Positions 19,562 to 32,987 of a stretch of DNA of 64,000 bases are shown here, one piece after another. Each line of letters starts with the position of its first letter. The first letter of the stretch is position 1. A program made the translations under genes and the position numbers. The notes beneath the pieces were generated by a model, which searched no databases, was not told where the DNA came from, and was given only the letters and a program-made list of their open reading frames with translations. This stretch comes from Amoebidium appalachense. Its lineage: Eukaryota > Protista > Ichthyosporea. The stretch spans positions 7,211,921-7,275,920 of the forward strand of contig CAVNZM010000011.1 in the NCBI GenBank assembly GCA_963693365.1, given 5' to 3'.

Positions 19562-20416
19562 GGGGAGGGAGGGGGGGAGGGGGGGGGGAGGGGAAGGGGG
19601 GAGGGAAGGGGTTGGATGGTTTAAGGTGGAAGGGGGGGGGGGGAGTTGGTTTTGGAGACAGAGGGGGGGGGGGTGAAGGGGGGGGAAGGAGGAGGGGGGG
19701 GTTGGATGGTCTAAGAGGGGGGGCGGGGGGGAGGGGGCAGAAGAGGGGGGGGGGGGGGGGATGAGAAGAGGAGGATGGGAGGGAGGGGGGGGGGTTGGAT
19801 GGCCTAAGATGGAGAGGGAGGGGATGGGTGAGAAGGGCGGGAGGGAGGAGGGGGGGGGGGGAGTAGACGGTTTTACGCGCAGGAGGAGGGGGTGAAAGGG
19901 GGGGGGGGGGGGGGGGGAGGTTGGACGGTTTAAGGTGGAAGGGTGGGTGAGTGAGGGGTTAGTTGGTTTTTGGGGAAAGGAGGTAGGGGTGAAGGGGGGG
20001 GGGGGGGGGGGGTAGGGGGGGGAGAGGGGAGGTTGCATGGTTTGAGGGGGGAAGGGTGGGTGGGTGAGGGGTTAGTTGGTTTTGGGAGTAGGAGGAGGGC
20101 GTGAGAGAGGGGAGGGGGGGGGGGGGGAGGGGTTGGATGGTGTGTGTGTGTGGGGGGGGAGGGCGGGGGGGGGGGGGGGGGGGGGGGGCTTGGTTACATG
20201 TGAGGACTTTTGCACGGAGGGCTGCCCTCATGGCGTCCTGTCTGTCCACAAATACCTTGCTGACACCGGCAGCATGGTCTATAAATAGAAAAGGGGGGTT
20301 GTTAATAATAAAACATCATGAGTATATCATTTCTAAATTTTAATGTTATTATTATTCAGTTTAGTTCGTATGTGTGGGTGGGTGGGTGTGTGGGTGGGGG
20401 GGGAAGGGGAACGGGC

Positions 20417-20447
<31 letters not shown>

Positions 20448-20603
20448 AGGGGGGGGGGTGCAACAATCAATCACAGCAACCAATCAAAAGGCGACACACA
20501 CACATTCACACCCAATCATACGCACCAACTCCAATCAGCCCTCATACCTCGAACCAGTCCAATAATTCAAATATGCTAACCTGTGGCCCCTATCTACTGC
20601 CCT

Positions 20604-20634
<31 letters not shown>

Positions 20635-21113
20635 TTCCCCCCCCCCCCCAAAAAAAAACCAAAAAACAAAAAAAAACAAAGAGATACCTCCCCTCAACCT
20701 AGAAGGACCCCCCTTCCCCCCCTTTCCCTCACCCACCCGCGCCCCTCCACAAGCAACCCCTATTCACCCACCCCTCAACCAAATAAACCGATTCTCCACC
20801 ACTCGAACCAAATACAGTAAGTGCATCTTAAAGGACCCACTGTAACCCTGCCTTTTGGCAGACCCAGCTGCAGCAGCTCATTGGTCAGTTCATCCCCGCT
20901 CACACCATATTTGGTTGTGCTGGTCAGGATGAATGTTAGGGCTGCGATGGCTACTTTAACGTCCGACACAGCTGCAATATGTAGTGGATGAGAGGGACGA
21001 GGGTGCAAGGAAACAGAAAGGGTGCGGGTGGTAAGGGGACAAGAGGGAGGGGGGAGGAGGGGGAGGAGAGGGGAGGGGAGAGGAGGGTGGTGGTGGTGGG
21101 TAGGAGGAAGGGG

Positions 21114-21149
<36 letters not shown>

Positions 21150-21546
21150 GGGGCGGGCTTTGTGAATTTGTATATATATTGCTTCATTGACTTTTAAATA
21201 CATGAATCGGGAATCACTTCGTTGATTATGTGCTCCCCTCCTTCCCCCGCTCCCTCTCTTCCTCCCCCCTCTCCCCCCGGTACAAGAAGACACCCAGGTG
21301 CTAACACCACCTAGTTGTGTTGTGTGTGTGTGTGTGTGTGTGTGTGTATCTTTGTGTGTGTGTATGCACGCATTTGTCTGTGTGTGCATGTGCTTGCGCA
21401 TACGTGCAAGCTTAGATGTGTGCCTGTCAGAGTGTCAGTGTGGGTGTGGGTGTGTCCGCGTGTATCTGTGTATGTTTGTTGGCCCAGGGAAAGGGCAGCA
21501 GGGGGAGATGGGGGGGGCAAGGGGGGGGGGGGGGAAAGGGGGGGGG
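18690..21546 (-). pseudogene. COMMD4: Partial duplicate of COMMD4 (exons 5-7 with flanking introns)
   Basis: Exon copies 20852-20971, 20198-20278 and 19066-19127 have the same lengths as 3966-4085, 3541-3621 and 2692-2753. The introns are recognisably homologous to about 2150-4560. The exon-5 donor changed from GT to GC, and exons 1-4 and 8-9 are absent. Confidence 0.92.
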
Positions 21547-22013
21547 GACCTTCTCCCCCGTCCGGTTTGGGGGGGTCCTCGGTCTATGTAATTCACTTCG
21601 CAACTCGTGTCGGGGTATCCCTATAGGTAGGTAGGTATCTTTGCTTTTATTCTAGGTTATAGGGTAAGGAGGGGAATTTTAAGATGTAGATTTGGTGCTC
21701 TTGCACTTGAGAATATTCCCGGTATGTCGGAAACAAACATCGATGATCATATCATCCAGCTGTCGAGGAATGACGAAGAAGAGGCGATCTGAAAGCAAGC
21801 TCTCTTTAAAAGGATCGCTCTGTTGTGAAGTAGTTGGTTGAGATTCTGCCTTATGCGATTTATTAGGTTACCAGAGGGTAGCTTAATTGGTAGGCCACTC
21901 GTTTTGAGAACGGAAGGTTATAGGTTTAAAACCTGCTATCAACTTATAAAGTTCTCCCTACTCATATAGGGTGAACTTGTAAATATAGGATTGCTTGACC
22001 TTCTCCCCCGTCC
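21547..22013. mobile_element. About 430-bp unique-sequence insert flanked by 17-bp direct repeats
   Basis: GACCTTCTCCCCCGTCC at 21547-21563 and 21997-22013, lying between a poly-G run and a poly-C run. Confidence 0.45.
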
Positions 22014-22018
22014 CCCCC

Positions 22019-22084
<66 letters not shown>

Positions 22085-22435
22085 CCTCCGCCCCGCCACC
22101 GATCCACCCCCGCAATGACATGCCACCTGGTGCACCTATATTGAATACATCAGGGCCCAACCAATCAGAAGGCAGCGGACATGCAAATCTCCGCGAGATG
22201 ATTTGCTGTGCTTTGGATGGAATGGATCCCCGGTGAATGTGATCCTGTTTGTGCCCATTCCATGCATGTTCGTTGTTTGCGTGGTTTCTATTTACATACA
22301 TTTTTTCTGCGAGCCTTGTGGAAATATGGGAGAGAGAAATTTTACCGATGGTCGCTACTGTTTTCCGAAATCTGACGGTTTGGGCTACCCTGTGTATATA
22401 TCTGGTTGTGTTGCTTGTCACTCCTGTTCGCATAA

Positions 22436-22479
<44 letters not shown>

Positions 22480-23170
22480 ACACACACACGCGCGCACCCG
22501 CCCACCCACACACACACGACACACATTGCACAACGCAAGAATATAAACACTTGATGAGCATGTATAAATCCTATTATGTAGCATACTGGCAGTAGTGCGA
22601 GATTTCATATTATTCTGTTTTTAGTTTCGCTCATCCAAGCTTTATTATTCCAATATATACCAATATGTTCGCGGGCCTGCCGTGAGCAGTGAATGGGGCC
22701 TGGGGGGCGAGAAGGAGGCTGTGTAAATAAACCCAGCCGCCCAGGACACACCGACCATGGTGCTATATTAGGTACATAAGCATGTATGTATCGCTGTATT
22801 GAATAAGGCTCCCTAGACTGTAAAAAATAACCCAGCGAAGAAACCGCAATCACACTCCCTCCGTAGCTTAGCACATGTGCACAGAGCTCTGCAAAAGATA
22901 CCAGTACGGCAAAGCGTGAAGCGCAAATCAAAACGTAGCCTTGAAACAATAAACCAAGGGAAAACAAAAAAACAACCTAAAAACAAACAAACAAACAAAC
23001 AAACAAAAAACAACCGACACAATGCAAGTCGAGAACATGAAGGAAGAATATCCCCATACCCCCACCCACCAGAAAACACGTAATGCCCCCCCTCCTCCCC
23101 CCTCTCACACACACAACACACACACAACACACACACTAACACACACACACACACACACACACAGCACAAT

Positions 23171-23380
23171 CTACTGCTGTGCGCACTGCACGCCCGGGCC
23201 ACCGTGGTGGCCGTGAGCATGGCCGTCGTCATCGTCATCGTCGTCATCTTCCCGCACACTGCCCGGCGCCACATCCTGCACCGTCACCTCCTCCACCTCC
23301 CCCTTGATGCTGGCCCTGGGCCCACCACAATGAATAATGTAAGCCGCGGTGGAAAGAAGCTACAAGTAGAAACAAATGAA

Positions 23381-23411
<31 letters not shown>

Positions 23412-23505
23412 ACCAAAAGGAATACGCGGGACTCTCTGTCATTGAACAATATCCCCTAACCCCATCTCCCTCCTGGACCCAGCATCCACGACTCCAAACC
23501 GAATA

Positions 23506-23562
<57 letters not shown>

Positions 23563-25510
23563 TTCCCCCCCTTCTCTCCCCACCTTACCCTTCTGTCCCT
23601 CTCCGCCTCCCACCACCCCCATTCTCAACCACCAAAACGAACACACAGACCCCCCCCCCCCCCCCCCCCCCTCTCCCCCATTTACCTTTCTGTCCTCCCC
23701 CCTCCCCCCTCCCCCCACCACCACCAATTCTCACCCACCAACACAACCACCCACCAACACAGCCACCCACCCATCCCCCCCCCCCCCCCCCCCCCCCTCC
23801 CCCCACTCACCTCTTTGGCCTAGGCCCCAGGGCCTTCTCGAGTGCGTCGACCTTGTCCCGTGAGAGCTCAGGGGGGAAGACCACCTTGAAGTGCATCACC
23901 AGCTGCCCCCTGATCTCGGGGTGCTTCTGCCGTGGCATGCCCTCGTGAAGAATGGCCTTGACTGCTCCCTCCTTGATCACCTGCAGAGAGTGTGTGTGTG
24001 TTTGTCATCTAATAGGCAGGGCGTTTGATGTGAAAGACATCTATGCGTGTGCGCGCACAAAAAGGGAGGCAGGTTAAAGATGGACGGAGGTGTTTTACTT
24101 ACTTACTTTCTTTCTTTCTTTTTTTTTGCGCGGGCGCGGGGGGGGGGGGGGGGGGGGGGGGGGGTATGTTATAAAGGGAAACCCAGCAAACACACACCTA
24201 AAAAAGGCCGGTTTGGTGAGGGGGCATGCCCTCCCCCTCCCCTCCCCCACCCCTCACCCCCCCCTTCCCCTGCCCACATCACCCTTGCCGCCCAAAAACA
24301 TATGCACGCACCCACACAGGCACCAATGCACGCACACACACACACCCACACACCCAAAACCACCCACCCACCCACACAAGTGTGCACCCACCCACACAAG
24401 TGTGCACCCACCCACACCCACCAACCCACACCCACACCCACGTATGCATACCTGTCCTGGAGGCACGACCACATGCAGCTTCCTCCCGTCCAGCTGCTCC
24501 ACCACACGATTGACCCCACATAGCGCCTCAACCAGTTGAATCTCAAGCTCCATGTGAAGGTCGTCCCCCTGGCGCTGGAACACAGCGTGCTCCTTTTGCC
24601 GAAGTAGAACAACGACATCTCCCGCCTCCATGTCGGGCTGCTGGTCCCCCTCCCCCTTAAAGGTGATGGCGGTACCGTCCCTCATGCCCGGGTTAACGTG
24701 CACCTCAAAGATCTTTCTCTCCTGGATGGTCTTCTCACCACGGCACTCCTGGCACCTGTACATGGGAAGGTGACATTTTTTTTTGTCATCTACCTAGTGC
24801 TTGTTTAGAATATGTGTCAATAGCATACGTGTTGAGAGCACGTGTATGTACTATGTGGGTATATGGTACAGATATGTATGTTGAAGCAGATTGGCAGGCC
24901 CATGCAAACAGAAAAATCGAGAAGTTAGAGAGACTACACTGGTGAAAGCCATACAGAAACTCCCCCCCCCCCCCCCCCCCCCCGGATGTAAGAACCAAAA
25001 GCCCCCCCTCCCCCCCCGCCCCAGAGGTAAGCCGAACCTAATGAGCCCCCCTCCCCCCCCCCCCCTTTCCCTTCCCCCCCCCCCCCCCCCCTCCCTCCCC
25101 TCCCACAGCGCACCGCTGCAGCCAAACCAACAAACACAATCACCACCACTATCACCATAGCAGCAACCATAACGGAGGAACGAAGGAGATGCATAGAGAC
25201 AGCAAGAAAACCCACCTTTCCCTGCACTAACCCCCTTTCCCTCCCCTCCCTCCCCCCACCCCCTCTCCCATTCCACACACAACCACGCACACACACACCA
25301 AAACAAAAGCAAAAACAAATGACGAAAAGGAGAGAGGGGTAAAAAAGCCCCTCCACCAGCACCCCTCAGCAATCCTCCCTCCCCCCCCCCCCCCCCTCCC
25401 CGCCCCTTTCCCTCTCCAATACGTGCCTTCCTACACGTCTGTGTTCCATTTGTCCTTCCCCACTCCCCCCTCCCCCCAACCCCTCCTCCATATTCATATC
25501 CAAATCCGCC

Positions 25511-25549
<39 letters not shown>

Positions 25550-27383
25550 CCCCCTCTCGGTCATGTACAGCATTCCCCCAAACGATACACGAGCTCATTT
25601 ATAAATGAGCTTCCACTCCCTTCCTCCCCTTCCCCCCCCCCCCCAAAAAAAAATCGCTCTCCATCTCCACCTCGGGAACCCGATTCGCATTCCCATCTCT
25701 CGTTTTTGGCCAAAGACCTGAACTCTATTAGCAAGCACGGGTACCCAGCATCCCAGCACAAAAGGTGATCCCCACCCACCATTCCAACAAATCTACCCCC
25801 TTATCAACCCCCCTCCCCCCTTCCTGCCCCCCGCGTCATCACCAGGCCCTAAACAACAAACTCAACCCCGCCCTCCCCCCCCCCCCCCACACACAGCCAC
25901 ACCCATCCATCCCACTCTCCACTCCCACCTCCACCTTGCCCTAAAAGACACAAAACTCATTAAAACCACTCCCCCCCCCCACTCCCCTTCATTCCCCTCC
26001 ACCCACATCCACACACAATCTCTCTATCCCCCCCCCCCCCCCCCCCCCCCCCCCCCTATCCCTCCCCCCTACCCTCCCTACACGACTCCCCCCCCCCCCC
26101 ACCAACCACCACCACCACCCACCCGCCCAACCCCACACACAAACCTCCAAACACATATACACCCACACACATGCGCACATACACCCGACCAATCCACTGG
26201 CCCACCCAAAAACCCCCACGCACCCACCCACATCCACACCCCCCCTCCTCCCCCCTTCCCCTGTGCCCCTTCCCTTTGCCTCCCCCCACCCCCAACCCCC
26301 CCCCCCACCCCGGACCCCCCCTCCCCCCGCCGGACTCCCCCCCCCCGCCCCGGACCCCCCCCCCCCCCCCAAAAAAAAAGAAAACCACGCACACACCCAC
26401 CTGTCCTCTGCCTTGCACTTCTCACCCTGGCCCTGGCACGCATTGCACACGGTCTGCACCTGCTGCACAAACGGCCCCGCCCTCTGCAGTTGCACCCTCA
26501 CCCCCTGCCCGTTGCACTGTGTGCACTTCTCCACGTTCTTCCCTCCCTTCCCGTTGCATCCCTTGCAAAGAACATTCTTACGCATCGCAAGTTTGCGTGT
26601 GCACCCACTGTACAGCTGCTCCAACGTAACCTGAAGCTCATGCCGCACGTCCGGCGCCCGTCTTTCCCTGCGCATGCCGCCGCCCATGCCGCCCATGCCG
26701 AACAATCGAGAGAAGATGTCGTCGGCGGAGAAGTCGCCACCACCACCACCCTCTTTGAGCCCCTGTAACAACACTGTGTGAGGTTTTGCATCGAGACACT
26801 CGACCCCCCCCCCCCCCCCCCCCCCCTCTGCGCGTGGCGCTGCACCACAACTATTCAAAACCCTCTCCCTCACCCCTCCCCGGCTTCCCCTAAGGCAAAG
26901 TGGAATGGAACAGTACTGAACTACTGCTATATCTAAATAGCCCAGCCTCCCCCCTCCCCCACTCCCCGTCCTTCCTCCTTTCCCTTACTCTCCCTCCTAT
27001 ACCACACACCCAAAACCCAAGTTCTTCGTCTGTCATCTCCCTATGAATATTCTCTCAATCCGAGGTGCCCACTCAACTTCCGTCCTTGGAAACCAGGTAA
27101 CACACACAACACACCTTGCCAAGAAAATCAAACCACGGAGGGGCACTTGAGCTTATGTGTGTGTCTGTGCACATGCACCAGATGTGTGTTGATGTGTCTG
27201 TGTTATGCATACGTCAATAGTGAAAAACAGGGCACTAAAGTGTCGCACATGAGTGAATCGATGCCAGTGCGATGTTGTAGCGGGGACATAACGACAAATA
27301 TATCACAATACGCAAAAACCCATACACACATAGCCCCTCTGTTACACATCACTGATCACTCACCTCACTGATGTGTCGTACAG

Positions 27384-27452
<69 letters not shown>

Positions 27453-27837
27453 GCACACATGTACAACCCCCAAAGCTTGCTACCACTTCCTCTACTACCA
27501 AACAGCTCTCTCCGTTTTTCCCGTTCTCTCTCCGTTGCACTCCAGAACCACCAACACAACCACGACACACACATGGCATAAACATGAACATGGAACGACC
27601 CCAAGTTTCAGCACGCACCTGCTCGCCATATCTGTCGTACAGCTCGCGCTTCTTTGGGTCTTCAAGCACTGCAAACTGGTAGGAAATCTCCTTGAACTTC
27701 TCTGCTGCTTCTGGGTTTCCATGATTCTTATCTGGGTGGTACTTGAGCGCAAGCTTCTTGTATGCCTTTCTAATCTCGTCAACTGATGCCTCCGGAGAGA
27801 CACCAAAGGTGTCGTAGAACTTGGATTCCTTGACCAT
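23171..27837 (-). CDS. DNAJA: Class A Hsp40 co-chaperone (Ydj1/DNAJA-like), 5 exons, 399 aa
   Basis: Exons 27619-27837, 26401-26762, 24452-24755, 23811-23980, 23171-23315 (1200 nt, GT-AG, in phase). It has a J domain with HPD, a G/F linker, four zinc-finger repeats ([32 protein letters not shown]) and a C-terminal CaaX (GVQCAQQ-TAG). Confidence 0.96.
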
Positions 27838-28060
27838 TCTCTCAGCTTATAAAAACAACAAGTAGGACGGAGCTTTTTGGGAAATAAAAACCACAAGTAA
27901 GCTTTTACACGGGGCAAAAAAACAAACAAAACACAGTGACTTCTTTCGAGCCCCGCAGCTTTTGTAACACATGGGCGCGTATATTCGCGATACGGTGGCG
28001 TCATAGAGCGTCACCAGCACAGTATCACACTCAGCAATCGGTTCGGGCCGTTTGATCTGG

Positions 28061-28101
28061 GCCAATCACACCTCATATTCGACCCGAATCGAATTGGAAA
28101 T
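28061..28101. promoter_or_regulatory. Candidate CCAAT boxes upstream of DNAJA
   Basis: GCCAATC at 28061 and ATTGG near 28093, 220-260 bp upstream of the ATG. Similar CCAATC motifs lie upstream of the arrestin gene (about 29413) and the CBS gene (about 55264). Short motif, so the evidence is positional only. Confidence 0.3.
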
Positions 28102-28444
28102 CGTGCCAGCTTGTTGATTGGACGAGGTCAAAATGAGACGTATCACCCGAAACCTTTTGTCTTTGCCAAGAGCAACCTTTGTCACACATATAAAACTGGG
28201 GGTTTACGCTGTTTACTCGAGGCAAAGAGAGACCAGTCTCAGGTATGGGGGGTTTTTGCTCGGAATATCCCCTCAGCGGTATATCATGATCACGCACATA
28301 GATGTCGGGTGATGACTATATATCAGGGTTTACTTTCTCTTACGAGACACCATAAAGACTAAGAAAAATCAATTAGTTGGGGTTCCCCGTTTTTATTTTT
28401 TTTATTTTTTTTAGGGCTCCCCTGGGACACTCGGTATTAGCTGG

Positions 28445-28537
<93 letters not shown>

Positions 28538-29594
28538 TGTGTGTGTGTGTGTGTGCGTGCGTGCGCTAGATCTTATTTTGTAGTGATGTGTTTCTCAAGC
28601 CAATCAATACATCTAATAAACAGGTCGTAGTTACGCGTGTTTAGTATAAAATCAAGGATGTTGTAATTTACAGGTAGGCTATTCTTCTGGGTGTCTGTTG
28701 TGAATGTGACGTGTGTGTGTTGCGGTATTATGTAGTCTATCAAACTACATTTGGCTGACCGTTTAAACTGGTGTGTGTGTGTGTTGTTTGGGCATGCAAA
28801 CGATATCGATGCCACCTTATATAATATTAGATCGCCACTGTATATTGCACGTGTACAGGCTCAGTGCCAGCGCTTCAGCTTTGGCTTTGTTCTTAATATA
28901 ATTAAACATCTAAAAACTAAATAGGTTACTTTTTGTGCTAATAAAAATGTTTTTAGGTCCCAGGGACGTCTATGATGTATGGCTATATAGTAGTTCTTTG
29001 CCGACATGTCAATCCAATAAAGTATTGTGAACAGTTGGCGCTGACTCAGCCTGACTGTCGTGGGGAAGTAGCAATATTCTCAGACAAGGAATCGCAGACT
29101 TACCTTTTTAGTCTAACTCACAAATGGTGCGATTGGTGTTTTCGATAGTAACGTTTTAGGGGGATACAAGGCAACAATGATTATGTAAATAATTATTGTT
29201 CATTAATGGTATTGTTGTCATTCTCTATATAAAACATTGAAAGATTATGATAATATTAAAATGTTTTTATTAGCAATAAAAGGACCAAAACATGGGAAGC
29301 TATTTAATAATCTTTTGTATTTGTTGAATATCTGATGAAATTACGAACTGCATGGCAAGACACCCCCTCAATCTTCCGAGTCTAGATCCCAGGAGAAATA
29401 ATTTCTTGGCCAACCAATCAAATGTGAGGAACGAACAGGGATCTTTGCTTTGCGCGCACTCACCGTTTCTTTTTGTGTTGTCAGGCCGCGTGCGGCGGCG
29501 CAGTTCAGTGTTTTTTCAAGGCTTTTGCCAAAAGGGAAATTTTTGCTATTGTAAGGTTGAAAGAGAAAAGAAGGAATAAGGGAGATAAAGAAAG

Positions 29595-30669
29595 ATGTCT
29601 TCTATATCAGAAGACCAGAAAGCCCTTGCCAAAAAGCTGGGGACGTTCGAGATCACTTTTGAAGGGGATCGCGAGGTAAGATCCCCTGCAGAAATGCCAA
29701 GAACAGCCTTTTGGGTTTGTAGCGAAATTGCAGAGCGAGGTGACACCTACTAGCGTTTTGGGAACAGTACCCGTTGTTATACCCTAATTTAATAAATAAT
29801 AGCCTTCATTTTGCTTTTGGGGTATCCTTTGTTTCCCCCGTTACTGCTTCAATGTGGACGGGATGGTGAAGCGAGTTCTATCACTCGTGGTGGTGTGATG
29901 GCTTATTTTGATGTGACAGCAAAGGGCCATTTGTAAACCTTCCTTTTAGCAGTCCCATTGGTCGTTTGAATTGTTAATCATTTGGGAAAAAAAATCTTAT
30001 CCTACGCCCACATTTCGACTTTTGTGAAAGTTCTTCTTAACAACTACGGACTTCAGTTTTTATATTAAGCGTTACCCTTTCCGGACAGGTCTACTACGAG
30101 AATGACACAATCCTTGGGACGGTCATCTGCACAGAGCTGAAAGAGCGCACACCCGTTAGCAAGCTGAGGGCTGTTGTGGTGTGTGATGTTACCTACAAGG
30201 ATTCGCTTGGTCTACTTTGGACCGACCGTATATATAGAGAGGTAGGCTTGGAAGCCCCGTTCTTCCACCTTTGCAGATTCAATTTATGATTTTCCTTGTT
30301 CACTGAAAACTTTTCTATTGCTTTTTCCTTGTGTCTCGTATCTTGGACCGACCCATTTCCCCCAAACATTTCCCAGCAAGCATTATAAGTAGTTTTTTAG
30401 GATCTAATCTCAGCCTTCGGTTTCCCACCTCTCCCCCCCCCCCCCCCCTCCCTCCCTCCCTTCCCTCTCCCACCTTCCCCCCCCCCCCTCCCCCCCACAC
30501 CCTTCCCCCGTCCCCTCCTCCGTGTTATTCCTTTCTCCGAGTGGGAAGTGACCCGCATTTACAAGTGTCTTATGGAATAAACGGCCTATGCTTTTCGTCG
30601 TGTCTCCTTAAGCTTGGTGTGATTTCTTGGTTCCCCTGTGTACCAAATTCTAACCCTTTCATACCCCCT

Positions 30670-30702
<33 letters not shown>

Positions 30703-30887
30703 ACCAAGAAAAAAAAAAAAAAAAAAAAAGAAAGAAACAAACCTTGTAACACAACACACATGCTCATGCATTCACACACACACACACGCACGCACACAAC
30801 ACGTGAGCGCGTGCGTGCGCGAACAGAGACGCATGTTCATACACCTGCGTGCACGTGCGCGCGCGCGCACACACACACACACACACA

Positions 30888-30918
<31 letters not shown>

Positions 30919-31630
30919 ACACTCACACCGGTCGGGTTCTCTTTTCTTTTCTTTCTTTTTTCTTTTTCTTTTTCTTTTTTTTCCACAGCATGTAGATATC
31001 AAGACCGATACGGACTTTCTCGAGGTCGGTGTATCCAAAAAGTTCGATTTCAAGATCCCAGTGCCCACCGACCTGCCACCAACCTTAGCTGTTCAATATC
31101 CAGAAGCAAAAGGTACATATTAACCCCCCCCCCCCCCCCCCTCTTCCCCCCTTTCCTCCGGGGGGGGGGGGGGAGTTAACAGACTCGGAAAGAGGATGGT
31201 CGGTGCTATGGTGGTTGGGTTGAAGCCGCGGGGGGGGGGGGGGGGGGGGGGGGGGTGGGGGGGTTGGAATAGGAGAGGACAGACACTGGTGTGTGTGGTT
31301 CCAGCCTCTTTGTTCTTTGTTTGTTCTTTTTTTACCGCCCCTCCTTCATCTTCCGTAACCCCCCCCCCCCCCCCCCCCCCCCCAACCCCACCCCTTCACC
31401 AAGTCCCTCCCCGTTTTTTTGTTTGCGTGTGTGTGTGGCTGGCAAGGGGGGGGTGGGGGGGATTCTGCATGGTCGTGGGCAGACACTAGTTGACGATGTT
31501 ATAGACATTAATCACAACTCAACGTTTTAGTTGCTTCTGCTTTGTTCTTTTTGCCAGGGAAGCGGTGGCGGGGGGGGGGGGGGGGGGGGGGGAGAGGGGG
31601 TTATTGGTGGCTTCTGTTGTTTTTTTTGTC

Positions 31631-31688
<58 letters not shown>

Positions 31689-31831
31689 GGGGGGAGAGGG
31701 GCAGGTGGAGGATTCACCATTCAAATTTGCTGTCTAAATACTGAAAGGGGCTGGGGATGTAGGTTCTTCGCACAGGGGGGTGACGTGGAGTCTGAGAATT
31801 GTCTCGGAGGATGCGGATGGCTCGGCAAAGG

Positions 31832-31877
<46 letters not shown>

Positions 31878-31924
31878 CTATTGGTTATAGAGGGAGTGTG
31901 TTGTGGTGGTGGTAGAGGGTGTGT

Positions 31925-31955
<31 letters not shown>

Positions 31956-32446
31956 GAGAAGGAGGGAGGAAGCTTGAAGGTTTTTTTCTTCAAGCTTTTT
32001 TTTTTTTTTTTTTTTTTTTTTGGAGGGAATGGGGGGGGGGGGGGGGGGGGTGGGGAGGATGCATGCTAATGTGGGTGTGGGGTTAGGTTCGGTGGATTTT
32101 TTTGTTGTTGTTGTTGTTTTGAAGAGGGTGTGGGTGTGTGTGTGTGGGGGGGGGGGGGGGGGGGGGACAGTACATTTGTTGTAAGGAGCAAAGGTTGTTG
32201 TAGACGCCTTTGTTGTTTGGCACGGGACACCACGATGGAAAAGAGGAAGAAAGACTTGGGGAGTACATGCTTTGTGACGTAACATGGTGTATAACGTGGA
32301 AGGGGGATGTAGAGGTGTATTTGGAAGTGTGTGTGTGTGTGTTTTGGGGTGGGGAGGGGAAGGGGGAGGGGGGAGTGGGGGGGAGGGGCAGGAAGAACTC
32401 TTCGGGGAGACACGTGTGCGTGCGTGCGTGTGTGTGTGGTGGTGGT

Positions 32447-32482
<36 letters not shown>

Positions 32483-32911
32483 GGGCGGAAGAGGTTGAAG
32501 CAGTATAGTTGTTTTCTTCGAAGAGAAAGTGCTGGTGGTTTTTACCTTCTGGGGAACTCCTGTCACCATTCAAAGCAGGTGAACTTGGGGACAAGTGGTC
32601 GAGAGTTCTGACAATACCCTCCTCCCCCCCCCCCTCCCCCCCCCCCCCCCCCCCCCGTCCTGCCCCCCCTCTTCCCCCCTTCCCCTGTTCACCCTCGCGT
32701 TCTGCTCTCCTCCTTGTCCCCACCTCTCCCCCTCTCTTCCCCATTTCCCCTGCCCCTTCCCTCCCCGACACCGCATCTGTGCTGACATACATGCACATAC
32801 ATGCTCCCCCACAACTGCGCACACTGTCAGACGCACACAGACCCCCCCCCCCCCCCCCCCCCACACACACACATCTTTTCACTCCAACCCCCGCTTCGCC
32901 TGCCGCCACAC

Positions 32912-32987
<76 letters not shown>

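Noticed and set aside
22159-22188. CCAAT plus octamer ATGCAAAT as an snRNA- or histone-type promoter
   Set aside because: No adjacent RNA gene or ORF was recognised, and motifs this short occur by chance.
27900-28300. Heat-shock elements upstream of DNAJA
   Set aside because: Only isolated imperfect nGAAn units, with no array of three alternating units.
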